Source: Eledone cirrhosa
Taxonomy: Eukaryota
NCBI GenBank assembly: GCA_964016885.1
Contig: OZ024752.1
Span: 6,510,001-6,574,000 of the forward strand
DNA: 64,000 nucleotides
Direction: 5' to 3'
The notes below the pieces were generated by a model that saw only the letters and a list, made by a program, of their open reading frames with translations, did no database searches and was not told the DNA's origin. The stretch's first letter is position 1. Every line of letters begins with the position of its first letter. Of the stretch, positions 13,048 to 26,234 are shown piece after piece. The position numbers and the translations under genes were made by a program.

Positions 13048-13308
13048 TAGGGACCAGGTGATATAGGGACCAGATGATATAGGGATCAGATGATATAGGG
13101 ATCAGGCGATATAGGGATCAGGCGATATAGGGATCAGGCGATATAGGGACCAGATGATAAAGGGATCAAATATAGGGACCAGGTGATATAGGGATCAGGT
13201 GATATAGGGACCAGATATAGGGATCAGGCGATATAGGGACCAGGTGATAAAGGGACCAGGTGATATAGGGACCAGATATAGGGATCAGGTGATATAGGGA
13301 CCAGGTGA
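13048..13308. repeat. Degenerate 17-bp tandem (GATATAGGGATCAGGT-like)
   Basis: Direct tandem. Confidence 0.9.
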
Positions 13309-14585
13309 ATGAGCCATTGATTAGTTTCAATAATGAGTATTTCAGTTGTTTGATCAATGGAGCAGCTTTGCTCATCAAATTAATGTGTAAGTGACTGAGT
13401 ATTCCACAGACATGTACCCTTACTCTAATTCTCAAGGAGATTCAGCCAGTCACAGTTTGTAACAAGGTTGGACCTTTTAAATTACAGGTACAGTCCATCT
13501 GACAGATTTCCTTAGTTTCTCTCTACCCCAGTTCAACTCACAAGGAATTGGTTGACTGGAGGTGAATGACACTACAGATGTCATACCATGGGATTGAAGC
13601 CATCTGTGGACCATCTGGCCATGTTGTGTTGACAGGACCTAACAGTTGTAAAGTCCATCTTTGAACCATCTGGTCATGTTAAGTCCATCTGTGGACCATC
13701 TGGCCATGTTAAGTCCATTTGTGGACCATCTGGCCATGTTATGGCCACAGGTCAGATGATAAGATGATAGGTGACCAATGGAGAAGCTGGAACAGGCAGC
13801 TGGGTGGGGGTGGGGTGGGGGGGTAGACAATAGGCCAGTAATGAGAGATGTGGGTGGAGGGCAGATTAGGGAGGAATGTGGAAGATAAGGGGGTTATGGT
13901 GGGGGTCAGATGATAAGGGGCCTGGGGGGAGACAAAGAAGATGGCATCAGGCCAAGTCAGGAAATATTTTTCTTCTTTGATTTGTTATATAGAAACGGAA
14001 TGGGGTATAAAGTATTGTGTGTATGTGTGTGTATGTGTGTGAATGTGTGTGTGTGAATGTGTGTGTGTATGTATGTGAATGTGTGTATAAGTGTGTGAGT
14101 GTGAGTGTTACATATGTACATAGAAGTGTTATAAAGTATTGTGTGTATGTACGTATATATATGCCTGTATATATACAGATGTTATAAAGTAGTGTGTGTG
14201 TGTGTGTGTCTACACAAGCGTTACGAAGTAATGTGTGTATATATATATATATATATAGGTAGAGAGAGAGATGATTAAGATGATAGATAATGGAATGGTA
14301 GTCAATAGATATTGAAATAAAACAGGAGAGAAGGGAAAGCAGAAAGCAGAGGAATTTGACAGAATTATAACAATATTTCAAAAGGAGGGACAAACCCTGC
14401 TAATTATCATGTCATAATAATAATCATAGACACTATATAATGGAAGCAATCTAGTCGGTCCCCTGTTATAGCTATTGTTAATCCAAGAGAAGGGATAAGA
14501 ACAGTGTAAGGGGTTTCAGATAGTAATGGCAGTGATTATTGGGGATCGTACAAACCTAAAATATGGCCATTCATGTCTGACTCAC

Positions 14586-14663
14586 TGGCAGAACGTTTCG
14601 CGGGCTCCTGCATCTTCTTCTGGCGGGGAAATGTACTGGAGGAGCCGATCACATCATCAAGCC
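14586..14663 (-). CDS. MAGI: Probable MAGI linker exon between WW2 and PDZ1 (GLDDVIGSSSTFPRQKKMQEPAKRSA)
   Basis: Acceptor TTTGTCTGCAG, donor GTGAGT; 78 nt, open, phase 1 to 1, fitting both neighbours; a non-repetitive GC-richer island. A second in-frame donor would end the exon at 14556. Confidence 0.65.
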
Positions 14664-14899
14664 CTGCAGACAAATATGAGCAGGGCACTGTCGTTATGCT
14701 GCATTATAGCCATTGTGTTTTAAAGTAGAAACAGAACTTACAAGACATGCAGTTTCATTCTCAGTGTCTTGGATGGGTTCATGCCCATGCTTTGGTGGTG
14801 GTAGTGATAGCGGTGTGTGTTACAGTATAATCAAACAGGGGCAGTGGTGCCGTTCATGCATGGATTTTTTTTTGCAATCAATTATTTATGCTTCAGTAC

Positions 14900-15690
14900 A
14901 TTCATAGAACATAATTTACAGCCTAAGTCTATCTTGGTGAATGATAAAGAATGTGTTTATGTCTCCCTATCTATCAACATACAGGATTTCCCATGGACAA
15001 TTTAGATTCCTCTGAAATAATCTGAAGATCTATAATAAACAGGAGGGAGTTGAGGACTGAGCCTTGATGTACACCTACTTGCACACAAAATCCTTCATTG
15101 AACTCATTACCATTTCACTTCTGGCAGCTTTCAAAAGTCATTTGTCTATGCTCAGTTTTCTAAAAACCTACCTAAAGAGTGTTGTGTTCTATCAAAAGCT
15201 TTCAATGAATATTTGGCACAGAATCTAGAAAATTCTCTTGTAGTTGTCTCACTAAAATAAGGTGTCTGTGGTGATCCTTCCTGACACAGATCCAAACTGC
15301 AACCCATCTAATCTAATTTTCTTCACAATCAGCATCAGTTGATCCATCAAACTGGTTGATCCATCAATTTGGTTGATCCATCAATCTACAGATCCATCAA
15401 TCTGGTTGATCCATCAATTTGGTTGATCCATCAATCTGACAGATCCATCAATCTGGTTGATCCATCAAACTGGTTGATCCATCAAACTGGTTGATCCATC
15501 AAACTTGTTGATCCATCAATCTGATGTCTCTGTAGTTGCACCTTTCTAGAGTTATTTCTAACAGCCAATCATCAAACTACAAAATTATTAGTTATGATGC
15601 CATCATATGTTACCTAATTATTTATACGAGTAATTAGCTGATGCCAGATATTTTCAACATCTATGCAATTATCCCAGATGACCCAATGAC
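14900..15690 (-). mobile_element. Degenerate RTE RT fragment
   Basis: Remnants of GVHQGSVLNSLLFII, CPWE and LERCNYR..LMDQ with stops and frameshifts; interrupted by a 17-bp tandem at 15338-15522. Confidence 0.75.
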
Positions 15691-15698
15691 CTCTTTAA

Positions 15699-16570
15699 TC
15701 CTTTAGCATTTAAACCGGCCGTATCCAGCCAAAATTCTCTCACCTCTTTTTGTTTAAACCGGCAATAACTGGCTGCTTATACTTATGTTAAGGTATTGTT
15801 CTCAAATAACATCAAAATCTCGTAGATTCAATATTATGTGAGATATTTATGCAAGATAAAGTGTTTACCATGAAAATTTAATAGTATATATATAGTATAT
15901 ATAGAGTAATGTAAATGTTATGTGAGATATTATGTGAGGTAAAGCCTTTACTGTGAAAATACAATAGTATATATAGAGTAATGTAAATGTTATGTGAGAT
16001 ATTATGTGAGGTAAAGCCTTTACTGTGAAAATACAATAGTATATATAGAGTAATGTAAATATTATATGAGATATTATGTGAGGTAAAGCCTTTACTGTGA
16101 AAATACAATAGTATATATAGAGTAATGTAAATGTTATGTGAGATATTATGTGAGGTAAAGCCTTTACTGTGAAAATACAATAGTATATATAGAGTAATGT
16201 AAATGTTATGTGAGATATTATGTGAGGTAAAGCCTTTACTGTGAAAATACAATAGTATATATAGAGTAATGTAAATGTTATGTGAGATATTATGTGAGGT
16301 AAAGCCTTTACTGTGAAAATACAATAGTATATATAGAGTAATGTAAATGTTATGTGAGATATTATGTGAGGTAAAGCCTTTACTGTGAAAATACAATAGT
16401 ATATATAGAGTAATGTAAATGTTATGTGAGATATTATGTGAGGTAAAGCCTTTACTGTGAAAATACAATAGTATATATAGAGTAATGTAAATATTATGTG
16501 AGATATTTACGCAAGATAAAGTGTTTACCATGAAAATACAATAGTATATAGTAATGTAAATGGTAAAGGG
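15699..16570. mobile_element. piggyBac-like MITE carrying a 69-bp internal minisatellite (about 10 units)
   Basis: TTAA flanks; TIR (C/T)CCTTTAGCATTTA / TAAATGGTAAAGGG. Confidence 0.85.
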
Positions 16571-17317
16571 TTAACCATATAACTGTTAACTTCAATAGCT
16601 GGCCCCTTTGTTAGGTTTACTCAGAGTAATCCCTAACTTCCTCCTCATTCAACAACCTTTCGTGATAACATATCTATGTTTCTTCTGCTGGTCAGTGAAG
16701 TTAAATACTCCATTTCAGACACACTTTTCTCCAACATCTTCATTCACACAGATACACTGCCTCTAATTCTCTCGTTACCTTGCTTTTAGAATTAAGAATT
16801 TCATGTAATATCATATTAAATTATCAATTAAGGAAATCATAACTGACTTATAAGTAATCGTTATTTCCAATTTAGGCTATAAATGTTTTCATTTGGGACT
16901 ACTTTCTAAAACAATTTACAACTTTTGGAAATTTCACACTACATTTTTTATGAAACTGATCTGAAAACCTTGTGAGCAATAGTTGAGGAATGACTATCAT
17001 ATATTAAATAGATAATATCGTTATAAAGTCAGCTCTTGAGTTAGAATATTAGAGAAACATTTGATACAAAATATTGCAGAGAAGACAATATTAGTTTATA
17101 TAAACTATTGTAGAGAAGATAATTGTTTCTACTTTTGGCCCAAGGCCAGCAATTATCCCAGTGTATTACTGGTACTTTATTTTATCGACCCCCGTAAGGA
17201 TGAAAGGCGAAGTTAACCTCGGCGGGATTTGAACTCAGACCATAAAGGGACATAACTCTTTTTTGCTGCAAAGCATGGCGTCCGACCCTCTACCGATACT
17301 GCCAATCCACCACCTCT

Positions 17318-19386
17318 TGTAGAGAAGATAACGTTAGCTTATATAAAATATTGTAGTTTATATAATATATTGTAGAGAAGATATTGTGTTAGCTTTATAT
17401 AATATATTGTAGAGAAGATATTGTGTTAGCTTATATAATTTATTGTAGAGTAGATATTGTGTTAGCTTATATAATATATTGTAGAGAAGATATTGTGTTA
17501 GCTTATATAATATATTGTAGAGTAGATATTGTGTTAGCTTTATATAATATATTGTAGAGTAGATATTGTGTTAGCTTATATAATATATTGTAGAGTAGAT
17601 ATTGTGTTAGCTTATATAATATATTGTAGAGTAGATATTGTGTTAGCTTTATATAATATATTGTAGAGTAGATATTGTGTTAGCTTATATAATATATTGT
17701 AGAGTAGATATTGTGTTAGCTTATATAATATATTGTAGAGTAGATATTGTGTTAGCTTATATAATATATTGTAGAGTAGATATTGTGTTAGCTTATATAA
17801 TATATTGTAGAGAAGATATTGTGTTAGCTTATATAATATATTGTAGAGTAGATATTGTGTTAGCTTTATATAATATATTGTAGAGAAGATATTGTGTTAG
17901 CTTATATAATATATTGTAGAGAAGATATTGTGTTAGCTTATATAATATATTGTAGAGAAGATATTGTGTTAGCTTATATAATATATTGTAGAGAAGATAT
18001 TGTGTTAGCTTATATAATATATTGTAGAGTAGATATTGTGTTAGCTTATATAATATATTGTAGAGTAGATATTGTGTTAGCTTATATAATATATTGTAGA
18101 GTAGATATTGTGTTAGCTTATATAATATATTGTAGAGAAGATATTGTGTTAGCTTATATAATATATTGTAGAGTAGATATTGTGTTAGCTTATATAATAT
18201 ATTGTAGAGAAGATATTGTGTTAGCTTATATAATATATTGTAGAGAAGATATTGTGTTAGCTTATATAATATATTGTAGAGTAGATATTGTGTTAGCTTT
18301 ATATAATATATTGTAGAGTAGATATTGTGTTAGCTTATATAATATATTGTAGAGAAGATATTGTGTTAGCTTATATAATATATTGTAGAGAAGATATTGT
18401 GTTAGCTTATATAATATATTGTAGAGTAGATATTGTGTTAGCTTATATAATATATTGTAGAGTAGATATTGTGTTAGCTTATATAATATATTGTAGAGAA
18501 GATATTGTGTTAGCTTATATAATATATTGTAGAGAAGATATTGTGTTAGCTTATATAATATATTGTAGAGTAGATATTGTGTTAGCTTATATAATATATT
18601 GTAGAGTAGATATTGTGTTAGCTTATATAATATATTGTAGAGAAGATATTGTGTTAGCTTATATAATATATTGTAGAGAAGATATTGTGTTAGCTTATAT
18701 AATATATTGTAGAGAAGATATTGTGTTAGCTTATATAATATATTGTAGAGAAGATATTGTGTTAGCTTATATAATATATTGTAGAGAAGATATTGTGTTA
18801 GCTTATATAATATATTGTAGAGAAGATATTGTGTTAGCTTATATAATATATTGTAGAGAAGATATTGTGTTAGCTTATATAATATATTGTAGAGTAGATA
18901 TTGTGTTAGCTTATATAATATATTGTAGAGTAGATATTGTGTTAGCTTATATAATATATTGTAGAGAAGATATTGTGTTAGCTTATATAATATATTGTAG
19001 AGAAGATATTGTGTTAGCTTATATAATATATTGTAGAGTAGATATTGTGTTAGCTTATATAATATATTGTAGAGTAGATATTGTGTTAGCTTATATAATA
19101 TATTGTAGAGAAGATATTGTGTTAGCTTATATAATATATTGTAGAGAAGATATTGTGTTAGCTTATATAATATATTGTAGAGAAGATATTGTGTTAGCTT
19201 ATATAATATATTGTAGAGAAGATATTGTGTTAGCTTATATAATATATTGTAGAGAAGATATTGTGTTAGCTTATATAATATATTGTAGAGTAGATATTGT
19301 GTTAGCTTATATAATATATTGTAGAGTAGATATTGTGTTAGCTTATATAATATATTGTAGAGTAGATATTGTGTTAGCTTTATATA
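17318..19386. repeat. 36-bp minisatellite (TATTGTAGAGWAGATATTGTGTTAGCTTATATAATA), about 56 units
   Basis: Direct tandem with an A/T diagnostic site. Confidence 0.97.
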
Positions 19387-19665
19387 AAACGGTTGGTAAA
19401 GAATATCTGATCATGAAATATTAGTAGAAAAAAAAAAACCAACAAACAAACACAGTGCAAACAAGCAGCGTCTTATCTAATAAATATGGATAAAAGTTTG
19501 TGGTGGGTTTTAATGGAAGGAAGGTGGGTATTGTTGAGAAGACAAAGTATTGGTTAAGAGGATTAAGAGATGAAGGGATTAGAAGGGATTAAGTGGAACA
19601 TGCAGTTGTGAATGAGATGAAACATATTAACATGAAGACTTAAATGAAGATTCTTAAAGATGACG

Positions 19666-19721
<56 letters not shown>

Positions 19722-21072
19722 AATTTCTTTGCCCACATAGGCTAAAAAAGAATATATTAAAAAAATTATTAAAAAAACAAAACAAACAAAATAAAGGTTG
19801 TGAGGATTGTGTAGAAATAACACTTGTAAATGAATAGATTATAATAATAATAATAATAATAAATAGATAAGAATGGGTTAATAAGTACTGAGAAGTATCT
19901 GTCACGAGATCAATAGTTAATCAATGTTAGAAGGTATTGATAAAGTCTCCAATCAGAAGTTTGTAGGTAATTTTATTGATTCTAAAACATTGATATCATC
20001 ATCATCATCATCATCATCCCCACCATAATTTTCTGTCCCCTTTCCACCCAGTCTACCCTGTAAAGTGGTAGTGTTGATGACTTGAAAGAACGGCCATATA
20101 AGGTGGCCAGTGTTCAGAAGGGCCGCCAACCTGAGAAATCATACCAAATATGGAAAATCTGAACAATGTGAGGTCACTCTGATTTGTCTGGTCTCAGTCA
20201 GATCTTGAAAACCTGTCCAACCCATGCCAGCCTGGAAAGTGGACATGATGATGGTTAACTTATGAAACTCACCATAATCATCAAGACCTTGATAAGGGAC
20301 AGGCCTTTCTAGACAATGTTGTATATTAAAAATATGTAAAAATATGTAAATCTAACAACTAACAATATTAAGTTGTCTTTATTGTCGGACAGCATTAACC
20401 CTTTTCTGGACAGATTTCTCAGGAAATATATTTTTTATGCGTTTCAATTAATTTTGAAAATAATCAGAAATTTTAAGAGTCTTATAAAAAAAAAATAACG
20501 TACTCATTATTAAGCTAATATTAGGAATATAACTTAAAAGATTTTAGATGAAATTATGACATGTCTTAGTTAAAAGAGACTTGTATCATGAAATCAAAAG
20601 AAATCAGAGGAAGTCACAGGCTTGCTGGTATCAAAAGGGTTTTGATATCAGCTCATCTATATTTAGAATGGGAGATTCTGACACTGCCTACAATTTTCAA
20701 ATCATTTTGAAACAATAGATGTGGAGGGATTTAGTTAAACAACTTTCTTGTTATTAAAGTTTATTTGGAAGATAAAAATTATTACATAGAATTATTGCCA
20801 AAGATAAATATAAACACTTTAAAATGTAGTTTTGTATCATAGAATCAGGGAATCAGGGTTAGTTTCAAGTGGTTTGGTATCAAAACAGTCAATATCATGA
20901 TTGGTAAAACATTTTACACAATATTCAAAGTGTTGTAGACACCAGATTTAGATAATTATTAATAGAAAGATTGCAAATGAAGTAAAATCAAAACAAGAAC
21001 AAAATATAGAGATTAATTGGAAATTCTATAACAAAGTAAATATTATTTTAGTAAATTCATTTGAAATCTTAA

Positions 21073-21575
21073 CCCTTTCCTTACCAAAGTTCTAATAATA
21101 GACACTGCCTATATTTTTCAAATAATTTTTTAAATGATTGTGAATTTCATAGAATTTAATCATGGTTTCTGATTTAGGCACAAGGCCAGCAATTTTGGAG
21201 GGAAAGCCAATTAAATTGATCCCGGTGCATTACTGGTACTTTATTTTATTGACCCCATAAGGATGAAAGGCAAAGTTAACCTCGGCAGCGGGATTTGAAC
21301 TCAGAATGTAAAGCGACAAAACTACATGCCCCAAAGCATGTCGGCCGTCACTCTACCGATTCTGTCTTTTTCAATAGATTTAACAAAGCAGCTTTCTCAT
21401 TATTAATGGGGACACTCTACCGATTCTGTCTTTTTCGACAGATTTAACAAAGCAGCTTTCTCATTATTAAGCTGGTTTGGGGAACATAATGTAAAAGTTC
21501 ATATAAAAAAAATTTAATAAACAATTTTATATGACAGAACCAGGAGTGGTTTTAGGCAGTTTGGTATTAAAAGAG
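21073..21575. mobile_element. Second piggyBac-like MITE family, diverged (related pieces at 20398-20640, 26169, 31620-31812, 43528-43820, 50597-50830)
   Basis: TTAA-CCCTTT..TACCA start and TTTGGTATTAAAAGAG-TTAA end; interrupted by a SINE. Confidence 0.6.
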
Positions 21576-21979
21576 TTAAATTCAACTGAATATTAAAAAA
21601 ATGATGCATTATAAGAATTGATAAGAAATATAAGGAATAACCCCCACCCCCTCCAAACCAAAATACAAACAAAAACACACAAAAATACCATAATATAAAA
21701 ATTAGGAACATAAATAAAAATGGTGGAAAGAAAAGTTACTACATTGTGGAATAGTTATTTTAAAACACAAACAGTTATATTAACTTTACATTTGTTTGTG
21801 GTGTGGATGTGTGGCCAAGTGGTTAAGAAGTTCAGTTTGTAATCATAAGGTCTTAGATTCAATCTCAGTGGCACGATGGCTGCCATTTACCATCGTCATA
21901 GGGTGACCTAAGAACTTGCTCCACTGAAACTGTCTGGAAGGTTTTGAAATCATGCCAAGTCTCCTGGGAATTATGTTAA

Positions 21980-22440
21980 AAGTACACATATCTGTGGAAT
22001 ACTCAGCCACTTCATGCAGGACAGGCAGTACCTGTAATTCAAAAGCCAGTTTTGTTATGCACTGCATAGTGCTGAATCTCCCTGAGAAATGGTAAAGGTA
22101 CACATGACTGTGGAATACTCAGCCACTTAATACAGGAAAGGCAGTACCTGCAATTCAAAAGGGCAGCTTTATTATACACTATATAGTACTGAATCTCCCT
22201 GAGAAATGCTAAAGGTACACATGTCTGTGGAATACTCAACCACTTAATACAGGACAGGCAGTACCTGTAATTCAAAAGGCCAGTTTTGTTATACACTGTA
22301 GTGCTGAATCTCCCTGAGAAGTGCTAAAAGTACACGTGTCTGTGGAATGCTCAGCCACTTCTTTGCACATTGTTTAATGAAGCAGGCTGTTCCATTGATC
22401 AAACAACTGGAACATCAAAACCAAATGTAGGTTCCATCCA
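21980..22440. repeat. About 119-bp unit x3 within a dispersed repeat
   Basis: CTGTGGAATACTCAGCCACTT...GAATCTCCCTGAGAA repeated; related segments at 5145-5230, 13340-13490 and 44040-44215. Confidence 0.75.
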
Positions 22441-23353
22441 TTTAATTCTATTTTACGTCAAAATTTGTCTCACCTCTACAACCTCGTCACAGACATTTTC
22501 ATTACAGTCAATGTAACTGTGTTTGTGTATTTTGTAAACAGTTAAAATAACTCTTCTACAATGTGGAATATGTACACCTTAGTTTCCACACAATATGGAC
22601 ACTTTAGTTTCCACACAGTCACAAATTAATTCATTTGTTAAAATGACTCTTCCACAATGTGGAATATGGACACTTTAGTTTCCACACCGTCACAAATCAA
22701 GATAAACAGTTAAAATAACTCTTCCACAATGTTGGCACTTTAGTTTCCACAGTTACAAATCAAGTCATTTGTTAAGCAGTTAAAACTTCAATATTAAAAT
22801 TAAAATAAAAATCAAACTTTTAACAGTATATGGTTTTAAATTTTGTTTGAAAAAAATAGGATTCATATTTTATAAATTTTTTTTTTTCCGAAACATAACG
22901 TAGGATTTAATACAAAACTTAAAACACAAAATAAAATATGAAACAGAACAGAAAACATTAATTAAGATATTGATCTGGCTAAACTAATTGATAGGACCTC
23001 CTTCAATATGCTCCTCTCCAAGGAAGACCAGCAGTCACTCATGCATGACAGTCTCCCCTATTCATACCACTGCTGTTGTCCAAGGGAAAAGTGAAGGCCA
23101 CTACAGCTTGGCACTAGTGATATCACAGGCAACCTCAGAAGGGTCAAGAGATACAAGACATCACATCTGACACTGTAAGAGTTACGACAACTCACTGACC
23201 ATAACTGCTACTTTATTGACTCAAACAATGAAAGGTAAAGTTGACGACGGTAAAATGTGAACTGAGAGTGAAGAGAACTGGGACAAATACTGGAAAATAT
23301 ATAATCCAATGCTTCAATGACTAAGACGTTCCATTGCTTGGCTAAACTAAATA

Positions 23354-23522
23354 CCGTATTTCCCGGCGTCAAAGACACTAATTATTTTCCTAAAATAAGC
23401 CTCAAAAATCTACCATGCATTCTGGAAGCCGAAGATTGTTTATTATTTTTTTTCAAATTTTTGGTTGTCAAAATTAGGATGTGTCCTCGAGGACGACGCG
23501 TCTTCGGTGTCGGGAAATACGG
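23354..23522. mobile_element. Tc1/mariner-pogo-like MITE
   Basis: TA TSD; TIRs CCGTATTTCCCGGCGTCAAAGAC / GTCTTCGGTGTCGGGAAATACGG. Confidence 0.88.
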
Positions 23523-23544
23523 TAAATTAGTGTTAAATTAGACA

Positions 23545-23820
23545 ATGGCTTAGTGGTAAGGGTGATGGACTATGATGAAAATGTTGTGGATTCAATTCCT
23601 GGACTGGGTTGTGTGTTGTGTTCTTGAGCAAAACACTTCATTTCATATTGCTCCAGTATACTCAGCTGAAAATGAGTACCAGTAATAGCTGGGGGTGTTA
23701 TCCCTGTGATGGACTGGCATTCTATCCAGGGGTGGGTTTTCTACTCTCAGTCAGTTCATGCCACATACACTGGGATAAGCAACAACCTGATGAGACCCCA
23801 GGCTCAAGACAGACTTTAGA
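23545..23820 (+). mobile_element. Older CORE-like SINE subfamily (related: 3198-3450 -, 6798-7060 -, 37720-37935 +, 44585-44798 -, 53784-53990 +)
   Basis: tRNA head and TTGAGCAAAACACTTCATTTCA core, with different 3' parts. Confidence 0.75.
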
Positions 23821-24303
23821 CTAAGTCTATACAAGGAATACAATTACATACTACAATATACATTGTTATATATAGATTGTTATTTCTAAAAGGTAGAAGG
23901 ATTTTATACAGGTTCTGTCATTGTTTTGAATTAAAGGAGTTTTGTGGCCCCTATCTAACCAACTTACTGATTTAGAACAATAATTGTTTCTAATTTAGGC
24001 ACAGGGCCCGCAACTTTGGGGGAGGGGAAAGTCGATTAAATATACCCCAGTGCATTACTGGTACTCTATTTTATCGACCCCGTAAGGATGAAAGGCAAAG
24101 CTAACCTTGACGGGATTTGAAATCAAACCGTAAAGGGCCGTAACTCCATGCTGCAAAGCATGACATCCAACCCTCTACCGATACTGCCATGATAGTAATG
24201 TTTGTCCAAGATCAAAGGTATTGATCCACGAAGTGATTGAAAATGACTAAAGAAGCAACAACAACAATAACAACAGTAAAGACAGGAGGATATAAGAACT
24301 TAC

Positions 24304-24368
24304 CTGGAATTTGGGTCTTTTTAGCATGAGCAACTGGATTCTCATATTGTGTCCGTTTGTTCACATGA
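24304..24368 (-). CDS. MAGI: MAGI-family exon encoding the C-terminal half of WW2 (HVNKRTQYENPVAHAKKTQIP)
   Basis: Acceptor CTCTTGCAG, donor GTAAGT; 65 nt, phase 2 to 1. The peptide matches the MAGI WW2 end (D-H-x-N-x-x-T-Q-Y-E-N-P-V). Not present in the ORF track. Confidence 0.9.
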
Positions 24369-24944
24369 CTGCAAGAGTTAAACAGAGGGATTCAGTAATA
24401 CAAGGTACCCCCAAAGTCTGGACACAGGAAAAAATACATCTTTTTAAAATAAAAATATATTTAACAAAAGACTTTTGTATCCAGCAAATGAAATGTGGTA
24501 AAGAAATAACTAAACCTACTAACCTACGTGATGGTGGTGGAGGTGGTGTGGTGGTGGTGGTGGTGGTGGTGGTGGGGGTAGTGGTGATGGGGGGGGGGGA
24601 GTGGTGATGATGCTGGTGGTGGGGGGGTAATGGTTGTGTGATAGAGGTGATTATGGTGGTAGTGGTGGTGGTTGTGTTTGTGGTGGTGGAGGTTATGATG
24701 GTAGTAGTAGTGGTGGTGGTTGTGGTCGAGGTGGTTGTAGTGGTGGAGGTTATAGTAGTCGCTGTTGTGGTTGTGTTTATGGTGGTGGTTGTAGTGGTGG
24801 AGGTTATAATGGTAGTAGTAGTAGTGGTGGTTGTTGTGGTCGAGGTGGTGGTAGTCGCTGTTGTGGTTGTGTTTGTGGTGGTGGAGGTTATAATGGTAGT
24901 AGTAGTAGTGGTGGTGGTTGTTGTGGTGGAGGCAGTTAATAAAA

Positions 24945-25187
24945 AAAATAATTTCTGCTGAACAATATCTCTGAAAGTTAGTCCAGGTAAAAGTTAGTGA
25001 CACAGCAGAGGTCAAACCATTGTTGACCATTTATATATATTGATAGAAGAGGATAGACTTCTATTCTGTCCTGTTTGGAACTATCAATGGTCAACAATGG
25101 CTTGACCTCTGCTGTGTGCAGAGGTCAAGTCCAACTTTTACTTGGACTAACGTTCAAACAGAGATATTGTTCAGCAGAAATTATTTT
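24945..25187. repeat. Imperfect fold-back / MITE-like inverted repeat
   Basis: AAAATAATTTCTGCTGAACAATATCTCTG / CAGAGATATTGTTCAGCAGAAATTATTTT, with inner arms also pairing. Confidence 0.85.
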
Positions 25188-26234
25188 CTTAAGTACTTGT
25201 GTATGTGTTGTGGGCATACACGTGTTTACCAAGCATTTGAGTATAATAGCACCCTCCACACGTGTTTACCAAGACACACTACAGCTCACCCTCAACAAGT
25301 GTTTACCAAGCATTTGAGTATAAACACTGTTAAATAAAGAGCCTGGTATTGTAGAACAAAAGGCAGTTTTGGGTGGTTTTGTATCAAAAGAGTTAAACTG
25401 CAGTCTTGACTGGTTCTGGGTACACGGAACACTTTCTACATAAAACCTTGACTTGCGCTGGGTACTGGGAACACTTTCTATATATAGCCTTGCCTTGTAC
25501 TGGGAACACTTTCTATATACAATCTTGTCCTAAGTACTGGGAACACTTTCTACGTACAGTCCTGACTTGTCCTAAGTACTGGGAATACTTGCTACATACA
25601 ACCTTGTCCTAAGTACTGGGAACACTTTCTAAATACAACCTTGACTTGTCCTGGGTACTGGGAACACTTTCTAAATACAATCTTCCCGTTTATATGGAGG
25701 AGTGGAAATAACTTTCATGCCTCTCACTTATCTCTGGCATCAAATTCTTTTTCCCCTTAAATGAAGTAGAGTCACTATTAAGATAGAAAGGAATCTGTTA
25801 CTCAGTCTAAACCTCTAGTTTGTTATTGTTATCTAAGAAAGAATACAAATACCAAAACACACACAATCAAAATATTTCTGAAATTTCGGTTTGGAATTTC
25901 AGAGATGATTTTCTTCTTTTTTGTGTGTGTGTGTGTGGGGAGGGGGGGGGGGGTCTGCTGAGCTCCAGAGAAAAGGAAAACATGTTTGTTTTTCTATCAG
26001 AGATAAGGAAAATAAGTTTTTTTTCCTGGTCCTTATGAGTGTAAAACAAGTAAATAATATGATGTACAAAATATACAGAATTCAAAGGTTTTTAACTAGA
26101 ATGATATACAGGCTTTTATTATTGTTTAACCCTAGGCTAGCTTTGATTGAGCAGACTTATTATAATTAACCCTCTTGTGATCATATTTCTAATGAAATAC
26201 ACAACCTATGTGTTTCATTTAATGTTTAATTTCT

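Noticed and set aside
17677-19424. Repetitive ORFs (LAYIIYCREDIV)n, and likewise the HSKGFTSHNISHNIY and MNTLQCGLGAFCRDTY ORFs elsewhere
   Set aside because: Minisatellite artefacts, broken by frameshifting units.
24634-24939. Gly/Cys/Tyr-rich ORF resembling a structural or shell protein
   Set aside because: Degenerate (GGT/AGT/TGT)n tract antisense to MAGI; no gene structure.
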